Below, one piece after another: positions 49,614-61,407 of a stretch of DNA of 62,206 nt. The stretch is from an uncultured Ruminococcus sp. Lineage in GTDB: Bacteria > Bacillota > Clostridia > Oscillospirales > CAG-272. The number at the start of each line of letters is the position of its first letter. Within the stretch, counting starts at the first letter, position 1. The DNA is taken from contig CAYWFS010000005.1 in assembly GCA_964457685.1 (NCBI GenBank), positions 1 through 62,206 of the forward strand. Direction: 5' to 3'. Position numbers and translations under genes: made by a program. Below the pieces are notes generated by a model. The model made no database searches. It saw only the letters and a program-made list of their open reading frames with translations, and was not told the origin of the DNA.

Positions 49614-50632
49614 GCCTGTACCTCATCTTCCTTGATGGCGTTGAGAACACGTCTTGTTGACTTCATAACATCATCGAACTGCTCGGGTGTGAGTGACTGA
49701 GCACCGTCGCAAAGGGCAGCACGAGGGTTGTTGTGTACCTCTATCATAACACCGTCAGCACCGCAAGCAGCAGCCGCAAGTGCCATAGGCTTTACAAGAC
49801 GGGACATACCTGTTGCATGGCTGGGGTCTACTATGATCGGGAGGTGGGTAAGCTCATGAAGCATGGGAACGGCGGAAAGGTCGAGTGTGTTTCTTGTGTA
49901 GGTCTCGAAGGTTCTTACACCTCTTTCGCAAAGGATTACGTTTTCGTTTCCGCCTGCCATGATGTATTCCGCACTCATGAGAAGCTCTTTTAAGGTGTTC
50001 GCAAGTCCTCTCTTTAAGAGAATGGGCTTTCTTGTTTTTCCAAGCTCTTTAAGAAGCTCGAAGTTCTGCATATTTCTTGCACCAACCTGAATAACGTCTA
50101 CGTTCTCGAAAAGGGGAAGGTGATTGGCATTCATAATTTCAGTAACGATCGGAAGTCCCGTTTCTCTCTTTGCCTCAAGAAGAAGCTCGATACCGTCCGC
50201 ACGAAGTCCCTGGAAATCGTAGGGAGATGTACGAGGCTTGAACGCACCGCCTCTGAGCATGGTAGCACCGGAAGCCTTTACCGCACGGGCAACCTCAAGT
50301 ATCTGAGCCTCATTTTCAACAGAGCAGGGTCCTGCAATAACTGCAAAAATATTTCCGCCTACGGTAGTCTTTCCCGAAACGTCGATAACGGAATTATCGG
50401 GATGGAATTTACGGTTTGCACTCTTGAACGGGTCTGAAATTCTTTTTACGCTTTCCACAATATCAAGTCCTGTCAGCATTTCCGAGTCTATTTTCGATGT
50501 GTCGCCGATTAATCCGACTACTGTCTGAAATTCGCCGTTATAAACGTGAACTCCGACTCCCTGAGCCTTTATCCAGTCGCAGAAGCTGTCTATCTGTTTT
50601 TGTGTAACTCCGTTTTTAAGAACTGCAATCAT
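49610..50632 (-). CDS. aroF: 3-deoxy-7-phosphoheptulonate (DAHP) synthase, type I-beta with an N-terminal ferredoxin-like regulatory domain
   Basis: 340 aa with the KPRTSPYDFQGL motif. An N-terminal extension of about 70 aa precedes the TIM barrel. Confidence 0.9.
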   Translation of the reverse strand: MIAVLKNGVTQKQIDSFCDWIKAQGVGVHVYNGEFQTVVGLIGDTSKIDSEMLTGLDIVESVKRISDPFKSANRKFHPDNSVIDVSGKTTVGGNIFAVIAGPCSVENEAQILEVARAVKASGATMLRGGAFKPRTSPYDFQGLRADGIELLLEAKRETGLPIVTEIMNANHLPLFENVDVIQVGARNMQNFELLKELGKTRKPILLKRGLANTLKELLMSAEYIMAGGNENVILCERGVRTFETYTRNTLDLSAVPMLHELTHLPIIVDPSHATGMSRLVKPMALAAAACGADGVMIEVHNNPRAALCDGAQSLTPEQFDDVMKSTRRVLNAIKEDEVQA

Positions 50633-50689
50633 TTCTCTTTATTCCTTTTCGTAATATTTGTAGATTTTTTAAAGCAGGGAGGTGATGAT

Positions 50690-50881
50690 ATAAAGAAAAC
50701 GGGCTGTCCAGTGTTAATACTGAAAGCCCGTTTTTAATATAATCTTAACTATAATTCAAAAACAAAATTTCGGCACAAACACTCTTACTTTCTACGGGTG
50801 GTAAAATAGTAAGAGTAATAAAAGAAGTATTCAGCTGCCGCAAAAATGTTTCTCATTACGGTAATTCCTTTTCTTTAAGAT
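50690..50881 (-). promoter_or_regulatory. Ribosome-mediated transcription attenuator of the aro operon (leader ORF plus helices 1:2, 2:3 and 3:4)
   Basis: Helix 1:2 pairs ACUCUUACU (50808-50816) with AGUAAGAGU (50781-50789). Helix 2:3 is the antiterminator, pairing AGUGUUUGUGCCGAAA (50768-50783) with UUUCAGUAUUAACACU (50710-50725). Helix 3:4 is a 12-bp terminator CGGGCUUUCAGU/ACUGGA(C)AGCCCG plus UUUUCUUUAU (50690-50730). Confidence 0.7.
50785..50856 (-). CDS. Aromatic-rich leader peptide MRNIFAAAEYFFYYSYYFTTRRK
   Basis: I translated this by hand; it is too short for the ORF track. ATG at 50856 and TAA at 50785-50787. It has 5 Tyr and 4 Phe in 23 codons, with 8 aromatics in a 9-codon run. 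AAGGA lies 9 nt upstream, and the ATG is about 25 nt from the predicted TSS. Confidence 0.7.
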   Translation of the reverse strand: MRNIFAAAEYFFYYSYYFTTRRK

Positions 50882-50887
50882 GGCTTA

Positions 50888-50916
50888 ATTGTAGCACACG
50901 TTTTTTTGTTTGTCAA
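50888..50916 (-). promoter_or_regulatory. Promoter of the aro operon leader (TTGACA-17-TACAAT)
   Basis: Minus strand reads TTGACAaacaaaaaaacgtgtgcTACAAT. Confidence 0.7.
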
Positions 50917-51163
50917 TATGTATACGGCGATTTTTTATTCATTCGCTGTAGATTCGGCAGTATTGTTGTGTTTTCGTGGTGTAAAAATGTCGTAAAATCA
51001 GTGATAATCACAACAAAAACACGATGAGATGGCGTAAAAATAATAAATTACGAACTTAAATAAAACAAAAAGATGTGCTTGTAATATCCCTTTGAATGTG
51101 ATAATATTATATACGATTATAAAATATTCATCAAAAACGAGCTTGCCCGAGGGGAGAGAAAAA

Positions 51164-53332
51164 GTGCAGACAAATGAAAATCAAATAAAATATTCGCCGG
51201 AAACTTCTGTCTCAATCTTAAAAGGAGTGGGAGAGGCGAGGCTGAAAGCTCTTTGCGGCATGGGAATAAACACGCTCTCTGACCTTGTGAAGTGCTATCC
51301 GAGGGCGTATCAGAACCGTGGTGAATTGTCAACGACTGCTGAGATAAAGGAAAAGCTGGTGGGCGGTGAGAGCGATGTGTTTTCCGTTGTTCTTACGGTT
51401 TCCTCAGAGCCGACAACGAAGCTGATACGCCGTGGAATGCTCCTTACAAAGCTCCGTGCGTTCGATGAATACGGAACGGTGCAGATAACGTATTTTAATC
51501 AGCAGTACCTGAAATCTACCATGCACACGGGAGGAGTTTTCCGCTTCTTCGGTCGTGTGTCAGTTGACGGACGCTCTCTTGTAATGACAAACCCGATTAC
51601 GGAGCCGTACACCGACACAGAGCCGCTCAGAGGTATTGTTCCCGTGTATCCGCTGAGAGCAGGACTCAAGCAGAAATTCATGTCGGGGATAGCTACCGAA
51701 GCTCTAAGACTGCTGTCGGGAAGTCTTACCGAATTTTTGCCGAGCGAAATTCTTTCCGAGTTGTCACTTCCGACTTATTCCTACGCACTGAATTCCGTGC
51801 ATAATCCGGTGCGAACGGAGGATATAGTAAACGCAAGACGCAGACTTACATTCAACGAACTTTTTCTCATGATGCTTGCACTGAATGTAAGAGGAAATGA
51901 AACAAAGCGAAATAACAGCGTTCCGATAAAGGATTGCGGAATAGACGAGTTTGTAAAAAGTCTGCCGTATGAGTTGACAAATGCACAGAAAAGGTGTATT
52001 TCCGAGATAATCGGCGATATGTCAGGGGAATGTCTTATGAATCGCATTCTTACGGGAGATGTCGGAAGCGGAAAGACAATAGTTGCCGCCGCCGCTTGTT
52101 ATTCCGCTGTCAAAAACGGTTACAGAGCCGCTCTTATGGTGCCGACGGAAATACTTGCAGAACAGCACGCAGAGGATTTTTGCAAGCTTTTCGGAGGATT
52201 CGGAATAAAATGCGTACTCCTAACAGGCTCAACGAAGAAAAAAGAACGTGAAGCAATTCTTGCGGGTTTGAGAGACGGCGGTGACAGAATAGATATAGTT
52301 ATCGGAACACAGGCACTTATCTCGGAGAACGTGGTGATAGATAAGCTCGGACTTGCCGTTATAGACGAACAGCACAGATTCGGTGTGGCTCAGCGTGCGG
52401 CACTGTTTGAAAAGGCAGAAAGCGTTCACTGTCTTGTAATGAGTGCGACACCGATACCGAGAACCATGACCCTTGCAGCCTACGGAAGTATTGCAGTTTC
52501 GAGAATAGACGAGCTTCCGAGTGGCAGACAAAAGACAGACACGTTCATTGTAAACGAAAGCTACAGAAGCAGACTTATCGCATTCATCAAAAAACAGGCG
52601 GACGAGGGACACCAGACCTATGTTGTATGTCCTGCCGTGGAGGAAAAGACGGATAACGAGACCGACAGTGAAAATATGGGAAATATTTCCTTCGATGAGG
52701 TGCTGTTTAATGAAAAGCTACCGATGAAAGCGGCGGAAACAACAGCGGAAGAGCTTAGAGAAGCACTACCGGAGCTGAAAATAGGACTGATACACGGAAA
52801 AATGAAGAATGTCGAAAGAGAACAGGTTATGCGTGAGTTTGAGCAGGGAATTGTTGACGTTCTTGTGTCCACAACGGTCATTGAAGTCGGAGTAAACGTG
52901 CCGAACGCTTCTCTTATGATAGTGGAAAACGCGGAAAGATTCGGCTTGTCACAGCTTCATCAGCTAAGGGGGAGAGTAGGACGAGGAAAAATAAAATCGT
53001 ATTTCATTCTTGTTTCGGACTCGACAGACAACACGTCAAGAGAGAGACTCAGAGCTATAAAAAGTACGACAGACGGTTTCGAGATAGCGGAATACGACTT
53101 AAAACAGCGTGGTCCCGGAGACTTCTTTTCCGATAACGGAATAATACGACAGAGCGGAGAGGTTGACCTTGCACTTGCTTCAGCCTGCACGGATACCGAT
53201 ATGATAGAAAAAGCATCGTATTATGCGAAAAAAACGGCAGATGAAGACCCTACGCTTTCAACCGAAAAAAATCGGCTCCTCAGACGACAGCTTGCGAGAT
53301 TTATAAAAAACACCTCGAAAACTCAAAACTGA
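51164..53332 (+). CDS. recG: ATP-dependent DNA helicase RecG
   Basis: The start is set to the GTG at 51164, after GGGGAGAG. Walker A GDVGSGKT, DEQHRFG and QLRGRVGRG are present. Confidence 0.93.
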   Translation: MQTNENQIKYSPETSVSILKGVGEARLKALCGMGINTLSDLVKCYPRAYQNRGELSTTAEIKEKLVGGESDVFSVVLTVSSEPTTKLIRRGMLLTKLRAFDEYGTVQITYFNQQYLKSTMHTGGVFRFFGRVSVDGRSLVMTNPITEPYTDTEPLRGIVPVYPLRAGLKQKFMSGIATEALRLLSGSLTEFLPSEILSELSLPTYSYALNSVHNPVRTEDIVNARRRLTFNELFLMMLALNVRGNETKRNNSVPIKDCGIDEFVKSLPYELTNAQKRCISEIIGDMSGECLMNRILTGDVGSGKTIVAAAACYSAVKNGYRAALMVPTEILAEQHAEDFCKLFGGFGIKCVLLTGSTKKKEREAILAGLRDGGDRIDIVIGTQALISENVVIDKLGLAVIDEQHRFGVAQRAALFEKAESVHCLVMSATPIPRTMTLAAYGSIAVSRIDELPSGRQKTDTFIVNESYRSRLIAFIKKQADEGHQTYVVCPAVEEKTDNETDSENMGNISFDEVLFNEKLPMKAAETTAEELREALPELKIGLIHGKMKNVEREQVMREFEQGIVDVLVSTTVIEVGVNVPNASLMIVENAERFGLSQLHQLRGRVGRGKIKSYFILVSDSTDNTSRERLRAIKSTTDGFEIAEYDLKQRGPGDFFSDNGIIRQSGEVDLALASACTDTDMIEKASYYAKKTADEDPTLSTEKNRLLRRQLARFIKNTSKTQN

Positions 53333-53333
53333 A

Positions 53334-53380
53334 CAAAAAAATGCGTATCACTCAAAATCAGAGTAAATACGCATTTTATT

Positions 53381-53382
<2 letters not shown>
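53334..53382. terminator. Bidirectional intrinsic terminator between recG and the convergent ORF
   Basis: A-tract, ATGCGTAT, a loop, ATACGCAT and a T-tract. Confidence 0.7.
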
Positions 53383-55698
<2,316 letters not shown>

Positions 55699-55722
55699 GC
55701 TTTTTCTACCTTTGCTGTTTTA

Positions 55723-56916
55723 TTATTCGCCGAACATTTCGTGTGCAAGCTTGCCGAGTATTTCGATTCCCTTAACAATATCTTCATCGGAGGGAGTGGA
55801 GTAGTTGAGTCTGAACGAGTCGGAGGGAGCCTCGGTGTCGCAGTTGAATGCAGTTCCGGGAACTACCGCAACCTTGTTTTCGAGAGCCTTCTTTATAAAT
55901 TCAGCTGAGTTTGTGCCGTTCGGGAGAGTACACCATATGAAAAGTCCACCCTCGGGACGAGTGTATTTAACGCACTTCGGCATATGCTTGTCAAGCTCGG
56001 AAAGCATAAGACCGCACTTTTCGCGATAGAGCTTCTTTATCATTTCGATGTGTCCGTCAATATCACGCTCGGTCATGTATCTGTAGCAGAGCATCTGGAA
56101 CATAATGTTCGTGTGAACGTCTTCAACCTGTTTTGCGACTACCATCTTTGATACAAGCTCTTTCGGACCGCAGATGAAGCCGATTCTCATGCCGGAGGAA
56201 AGAATCTTTGAGAATGAGGAGCAGTATACCACAAGACCCTCTGTGTCAAAGGATTTGTAGGTGGGAACATCTTCTCCCGCAAAACGAAGCTCGCCGTAGG
56301 GGTTGTCTTCGAGAATAACAACCTCGTACTTCTTTGCAAGCTCATATACTCTCTTGCGGTTTTCGAGAGTTGAGGTGATTCCGGCGGGATTGTGGAATGT
56401 GGGGATGAGGTAGAGAAGCTTTACGTTTTCGGTAGTGGAAAGAACCTCTTCAAGCTTTTCCGTGTCAATACCGTCGTCACAAAGCGGAACACCCACTGTT
56501 TTTGCACCGAGAGAACGGAATGCGTTTAAAGCACCGATGAAGGACGGATTTTCGCATACAACAACGTCACCCTCGTTACAGAGAGCCTTGCAGAGAAGCT
56601 CAATACCCTGCTGACCGCCCGTTGTGATTATTGTGTCATCGTTCTCACTTCCGATACCGAACTTGTTCTTGAGTCTTTCGGATACTGCACGTCTGAGCGG
56701 CGGATAACCCTCTGTAATGCTGTACTGGAGAGCGGCGGTGGAATCGTTTTCGTATATGTCGGCGGTAAGCTCTGCAAGCTCCTTTGCCGGGAAAGAGAGA
56801 GGGGAAGGGTTTCCGGCAGCAAAGCTGATTATCGTGGGGTCGGAGAGGGATTTGAATATCTCTCTGATTGCGGAGGGCTTGAGATTTGCGAGTTTATTTG
56901 AGATTTTATATTCCAT
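55723..56916 (-). CDS. PLP-dependent aminotransferase (class I/II fold)
   Basis: 397 aa with the PLP-Lys context CSSFSKILSSGMRIG and the NPAG motif. Its substrate cannot be assigned from the sequence alone. Confidence 0.85.
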   Translation of the reverse strand: MEYKISNKLANLKPSAIREIFKSLSDPTIISFAAGNPSPLSFPAKELAELTADIYENDSTAALQYSITEGYPPLRRAVSERLKNKFGIGSENDDTIITTGGQQGIELLCKALCNEGDVVVCENPSFIGALNAFRSLGAKTVGVPLCDDGIDTEKLEEVLSTTENVKLLYLIPTFHNPAGITSTLENRKRVYELAKKYEVVILEDNPYGELRFAGEDVPTYKSFDTEGLVVYCSSFSKILSSGMRIGFICGPKELVSKMVVAKQVEDVHTNIMFQMLCYRYMTERDIDGHIEMIKKLYREKCGLMLSELDKHMPKCVKYTRPEGGLFIWCTLPNGTNSAEFIKKALENKVAVVPGTAFNCDTEAPSDSFRLNYSTPSDEDIVKGIEILGKLAHEMFGE

Positions 56917-57046
56917 GACAGTATACTCCTCTTTGAATAATGCTTTTTCATTCTTTAATAATATATTCTACCATACGAAATGGGAAAATACAATAGCAAT
57001 AATGAGAAGAAAAAGGAAAAGTTTTTGAAAATATGTCGTATAACTC

Positions 57047-57075
57047 TTGATAAATCATGCGTAATTTGCTATACT
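57047..57075 (+). promoter_or_regulatory. Promoter of the MazG-HAD/aspS unit (TTGATA-17-TATACT)
   Basis: TTGATAaatcatgcgtaatttgcTATACT lies about 55 nt upstream of the ATG at 57130. Confidence 0.55.
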
Positions 57076-57129
57076 TATAAAGCGGTCTCTGCGTTTGCCG
57101 AGATAACGTATATCACAAAAAGGACACGA

Positions 57130-57909
57130 ATGGTAATGGACGCAAAAATATCCGATTTTCTGAAAATGCAACACGACCTTGCCGTTGAAAAAGGGTGGAC
57201 GGGGGACAGAACTCCCGAAAAAGCACCGTTTTCCATACTTTGGAGCATTGATGAGCTTGGTGAGGCTATTGCGATAATAAAGAAAAAAGGCTCTGAGGGA
57301 ATTATGGAAAACGAAACCGTAAGAGCTCACTTTGTCGAAGAAATTGCGGACACGTTTATGTATCTTTTTGATATGATGAACGCCTATGGAATAACTGCGG
57401 AAGAGTTTTCGGACGCATATATAAGCAAATTTGAAAAGAACATGGGCAGGCAATGGAGTGAAAATAAGATAATGTACGAAAACAGCAATACTAAGCTTAT
57501 TATATTTGACATGGAGGGAAGCATAGTCCACGAAACAACCGCTGTTCCCTCTGCGGAAAGACTTCTCGAAACCTTGTCTCGTACCGACATCAAGCTTGTT
57601 CTTCTGTCGGACTTCGATACCGAAAAGGTGCTGAAAATACTTGAAGAAAACGGTCTCGATTCAGGAGTGTTCCATTCCATAATCAAGTCTCAGCATTACG
57701 GTGAAGCATTCGAGACTGCTATGACCGATTTCGGAGTAAAGCCGGAGGAAGCAATGGTTTGCACAGGCTCCAATGTGGCACTCAAAATAGCTCAGAGACT
57801 CGGTATGGTTCCTTGTGCGGTAAAGGGTCGTTTCAGCAATGCCATGTACGAAAAAGCCGGAGCAAAGCACATAGTATCCGATATTATCGAAATAGAAAAA
57901 GTATTATAA
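57130..57909 (+). CDS. Fusion of a MazG-like nucleotide pyrophosphohydrolase with a HAD-like hydrolase
   Basis: The start is set to the ATG at 57130, after AAAGGA. The N-terminal part has MazG-type helices (SIDELGEAIA ... FVEEIADTFMYLFD). The C-terminal part has HAD-like motif I written as IIFDMEGSIV. Confidence 0.7.
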   Translation: MVMDAKISDFLKMQHDLAVEKGWTGDRTPEKAPFSILWSIDELGEAIAIIKKKGSEGIMENETVRAHFVEEIADTFMYLFDMMNAYGITAEEFSDAYISKFEKNMGRQWSENKIMYENSNTKLIIFDMEGSIVHETTAVPSAERLLETLSRTDIKLVLLSDFDTEKVLKILEENGLDSGVFHSIIKSQHYGEAFETAMTDFGVKPEEAMVCTGSNVALKIAQRLGMVPCAVKGRFSNAMYEKAGAKHIVSDIIEIEKVL

Positions 57910-57934
57910 AATTTTATAAGGGATATAGATCATC

Positions 57935-59728
57935 ATGGAAACATTTACAAAACAGGACAAAAGAAGTTGCTACTGCGGTACTCTTACTTCTGCCGACATC
58001 GGTAAAAGAGTATCCGTTGCGGGATGGGCACAGAGAACAAGAGACCTCGGAAGTCTTATATTCATTGACCTCAGAGACAGAACAGGTATAGTTCAGCTCG
58101 CATTTGACGACAAGACAGACCGTGAGGTTTTCGATAAAGCGTTCGGTGTAAGAGCTGAATACGTTATCTCCGCACAGGGTGTTGTTCGCTCAAGAGGAGA
58201 GGGTGCCGTAAACAAGAATATCCCCACGGGTGAAATCGAAGTGTATGTTGAAAGCATGAAGATACTTTCCGCAGCACAGACCCCTCCCTTTGAAATCAAG
58301 GACGACAACAATGTAAGAGACGAGATAGCTCTCAAGTACAGATACCTCGACCTCCGCCGTCCCTCCCTCCAAAGAAACATTCTCATGCGTCACGAAATCG
58401 CTCGTGTAACAAGAGAATACTATTATGAAAACGGATTTATCGAAATAGAAACTCCTATGATGATAAAGCCTACTCCCGAAGGTGCAAGAGACTACCTTGT
58501 TCCCTCGAGAATCCACAAGGGAAGCTTCTATGCACTTCCGCAGTCTCCCCAGATTTACAAACAGCTTCTCATGCTTTCCGGCTTTGACAGATATATCCAG
58601 CTTGCGAGATGCTTCCGTGACGAAGACCTCAGAGCTGACCGTCAGCCCGAATTTACTCAGATAGACCTTGAAATGTCGTTCGTTGACGAAGAAGATATTA
58701 TGTCCATGAACGAGGGCTACATCGCACGTCTTTTTAAGGAGATACTGAACGTAGATATTCCTCTTCCGCTTCCGAGACTCACCTTCAAAGAAGCAATGGA
58801 GCGTTACGGTTCCGATAAGCCCGATACACGCTACGGTATGGAGCTTCAGAATATCTCCGACCTTGTTGCAGGCAGCGGATTCTCCGTATTTGCGGATGCT
58901 GTTGCAAACGGCGGTAGCGTAAGAGCAATCGTTGCAAAGAATGCCGCTTCCGTTTATACCCGTAAGGAAATAGACAAGCTCACCGCACACGCAAAGGGAA
59001 TCGGTGCAAAGGGTCTTGCTTACATAAGATTTGTTGACGATACTCCGAACTGCTCCTTCGCTAAGTTCATGGCAGAGGGCGAGCTTGAAGCTATCATGGA
59101 ACGCATCGGCTGTGAAAAGGGTGACGTTGCAATCATTGTTGCAGACAAGGACAGCACTGTATTCACTGTTCTCGGAGCTTTGAGACAGATGATGGCAAAG
59201 CACCTCGATATAATCCCCGAAGGCTACAACTTCCTTTGGATTACGGAATTCCCGTTCTTCGAGTGGGATGAAGAAAGCGGAACATGGCTTGCAATGCACC
59301 ATCCCTTCACAATGCCTCTCGATGAATGCCTTGGATATATAGATACAGATCCCGGTAAGGTAAGAGCAAAGTGCTACGACCTTGTACTTAACGGTATCGA
59401 AATTTCCTCCGGTTCTATCAGAATCACCGACTACGAGCTTCAGCAGCATATGTTCCGCAGACTCGGACTCACAGAGGAAGAAATCGAGCGTAAGTTCGGA
59501 TTCCTTGTTGACGCATATAAGTACGGTGCTCCTCCGCATGGTGGTGCCGCTCTCGGTCTCGACAGACTTGCAATGCTCATGAGCGGATGCGACAACCTCA
59601 GAGACGTAACGGCATTCCCGAAGATTCAGAATGCGTCCGAGCTTCTCTCAAAATGCCCTGCACCTGCTGACCCGAAGGCTCTCGAAGAGCTTGGTCTTGC
59701 TGTCGTAAGCTCCGAAGACGAAGAATAA
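57935..59728 (+). CDS. aspS: Aspartate--tRNA ligase
   Basis: 597 aa with an OB-fold N-terminus, motif 2 FRDEDLRADRQPEFTQ and motif 3 GGAALGLDRL. Confidence 0.95.
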   Translation: METFTKQDKRSCYCGTLTSADIGKRVSVAGWAQRTRDLGSLIFIDLRDRTGIVQLAFDDKTDREVFDKAFGVRAEYVISAQGVVRSRGEGAVNKNIPTGEIEVYVESMKILSAAQTPPFEIKDDNNVRDEIALKYRYLDLRRPSLQRNILMRHEIARVTREYYYENGFIEIETPMMIKPTPEGARDYLVPSRIHKGSFYALPQSPQIYKQLLMLSGFDRYIQLARCFRDEDLRADRQPEFTQIDLEMSFVDEEDIMSMNEGYIARLFKEILNVDIPLPLPRLTFKEAMERYGSDKPDTRYGMELQNISDLVAGSGFSVFADAVANGGSVRAIVAKNAASVYTRKEIDKLTAHAKGIGAKGLAYIRFVDDTPNCSFAKFMAEGELEAIMERIGCEKGDVAIIVADKDSTVFTVLGALRQMMAKHLDIIPEGYNFLWITEFPFFEWDEESGTWLAMHHPFTMPLDECLGYIDTDPGKVRAKCYDLVLNGIEISSGSIRITDYELQQHMFRRLGLTEEEIERKFGFLVDAYKYGAPPHGGAALGLDRLAMLMSGCDNLRDVTAFPKIQNASELLSKCPAPADPKALEELGLAVVSSEDEE

Positions 59729-59757
59729 AAAAATTTAAATAAACCAGGAGTAACGTC

Positions 59758-60534
59758 ATGGAAATATTTAACCTGTGGGAAAATGTTCCCGGGCTTTGCA
59801 ATGAAGTACCTGTTATCGAGTACTTCCCGGCTCAGGAAAAAAAGACGAGTGCTACCGTTGTTATATTGCCCGGTGGTGCTTACTGCATGAGAGCAGAGCA
59901 TGAGGGAAAGGGATACGCCGAGTACTTCAATTCCATCGGAATGGATGCGTTCGTATGCGAATACCGTGTGTCTCCTCACCGTTTCCCGCTTCCGCTTCTT
60001 GACGCAAGACGTGCTGTCAGATTCGTCAGAGCAAATGCGGAAAAGTTCGGTGTTGACCCGAGCAGAGTTGCAATAATGGGATCTTCTGCCGGCGGTCATC
60101 TTGCGGCACTTACATCGACCTATACCGACCCCGTAGAGTATGAGGGAGACGAGCTTGATAAGATTGACCCCATTCCGAACGCAACGATACTTTGCTATCC
60201 GGTAGTTCATCTTCCCGACGAAACACACGTTGCACACGTCGGAAGCTATGAGAATCTTCTCGGAGAAAATAAGAGCTACAGCGACTACTCTCCCGACCTT
60301 CTCGTAACCGATACTACCCCCGTAGCATTCATTTGGCACACCTCAAACGATACCTGCGTAAACGTAATAAACAGCTACCTGTACGCAACCGCCCTCAGAA
60401 ATCACGGAATCAAGCATGAACTTCATGTATTCCCCGACGGACCTCACGGACTTGGTCTTGCGAAGAACTCTCCTCATGTTGCACAGTGGACGGGACTTCT
60501 CGAGAACTGGATAAAGAACCTCGGTTGGCTTTAA
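59758..60534 (+). CDS. Alpha/beta hydrolase (esterase/lipase-like)
   Basis: 258 aa with the oxyanion context ILPGGAY, the nucleophile elbow GSSAGGHLA and the C-terminal His context GPHGLG. Confidence 0.8.
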   Translation: MEIFNLWENVPGLCNEVPVIEYFPAQEKKTSATVVILPGGAYCMRAEHEGKGYAEYFNSIGMDAFVCEYRVSPHRFPLPLLDARRAVRFVRANAEKFGVDPSRVAIMGSSAGGHLAALTSTYTDPVEYEGDELDKIDPIPNATILCYPVVHLPDETHVAHVGSYENLLGENKSYSDYSPDLLVTDTTPVAFIWHTSNDTCVNVINSYLYATALRNHGIKHELHVFPDGPHGLGLAKNSPHVAQWTGLLENWIKNLGWL

Positions 60535-60553
60535 TTTGACCGAATTATAAAAT

Positions 60554-60645
60554 AAAAGAGACTGATTGCCGCGAAGTGACTACCCAAAAGTCAGACCGAA
60601 AATCTAACGCTTGGGAGGAACTTCAAATATCAGTCTCTTTTTTTG
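60554..60645 (+). repeat. Copy D of the nested-hairpin repeat (core 60573-60624), terminator of the esterase gene
   Basis: The outer stem AAAAGAGACTGAT/ATCAGTCTCTTTTT encloses GAAGTGACTACCCAAAAGTCAGACCGAAAATCTAACGCTTGGGAGGAACTTC. Confidence 0.7.
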
Positions 60646-60652
60646 ATTTATA

Positions 60653-60693
60653 GCAAAAAAACATCTCCCCATAGCCGTAAAAGCATAGGGGAG
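60653..60693 (-). terminator. Probable intrinsic terminator of purC
   Basis: Minus strand reads CTCCCC, a 17-nt loop, GGGGAG and then ATGTTTTTTT. The stem is short. Confidence 0.5.
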
Positions 60694-60708
60694 ACGAATT
60701 TTTTTAAT

Positions 60709-61407
60709 TTATCTGTTGTTTATGAGAGCAGTGAGTTCCACAGGGTCAACGATAACGCCGTCCTTGTAAACTCTCATGTTACCGGAGGCAATTTCATCGA
60801 TGAGGATAACCTCGCCGTTGTTGTAACCGAATTCAAACTTGATATCCCAAAGGTCAAGACCGATGGACTTGAGGTCGTCGGCAACAACCTTTGTGATCTT
60901 GAGTGTCTGTTCCTTGAGGCTTGCAAACATGTCAGCAGTCATAATGCCGAGAGCAACAAGTCCTTCGCCTGTTACGAGCGGATCACCCTTTTCGTCATTT
61001 TTGAAGGTGCATTCCACGTAACCGCCATCAAGCACTGTACCGTCTTTGATGTATTCACCGTAGCGGCGAACAAAGCTACCTGTAGCAACGAGACGGCAGA
61101 TAACTTCGAGACCGTTACCGCCCTTGTCCTTGCCGAAACATTCAGCGGGGAGAACTTCCATTGTGGCATCATCAAGATTTGCGGAAACGTAGTGTGTCTT
61201 GATTCCGGCTTCCTTGAGCTTTTCAAAGTAGTAAACGGATGTCTGGAGGTTAGCCTTGCCAATACCCTCGATGGTGAGACCAACGGAGTTTTCGCCCGGA
61301 TCAAACACACCGTCTTTTCCTGTGCAGTCGTCCTTGAACTTCAGAAGAACGTTGCCGTTATCAAGCTGGTAAACATCTTTGGTTTTGCCTGTGTAAATCT
61401 TATTCAT
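60709..61407 (-). CDS. purC: Phosphoribosylaminoimidazole-succinocarboxamide (SAICAR) synthase
   Basis: 232 aa with the N-terminal YTGKTKDVY and the context DIKFEFG. Confidence 0.93.
   Translation of the reverse strand: MNKIYTGKTKDVYQLDNGNVLLKFKDDCTGKDGVFDPGENSVGLTIEGIGKANLQTSVYYFEKLKEAGIKTHYVSANLDDATMEVLPAECFGKDKGGNGLEVICRLVATGSFVRRYGEYIKDGTVLDGGYVECTFKNDEKGDPLVTGEGLVALGIMTADMFASLKEQTLKITKVVADDLKSIGLDLWDIKFEFGYNNGEVILIDEIASGNMRVYKDGVIVDPVELTALINNR

Noticed and set aside
50678-50684. CACCUCC (anti-SD-like) sequence between the aro terminator and the aroF start.
   Set aside because: The aroF ribosome-binding region (AAAGGAAUAAAGAG) has no GGAGG for it to sequester. I found no convincing pairing.
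50796-50805. GGGTGGTAAA on the plus strand, which looks like a T-box core motif inside the aro leader region.
   Set aside because: It is simply the complement of leader-peptide codons TTT ACC ACC CGT on the minus strand. No stem I or specifier architecture accompanies it, and there is no plus-strand gene for it to control.
58190-59539. 449-aa ORF antisense to aspS. Related cases are 237 aa antisense to the esterase (59626-60339) and 233 aa antisense to xylA (1232-1933).
   Set aside because: The sense genes are strongly supported. The antisense products are Cys/Val/Phe-rich with no motifs, SD or promoter.
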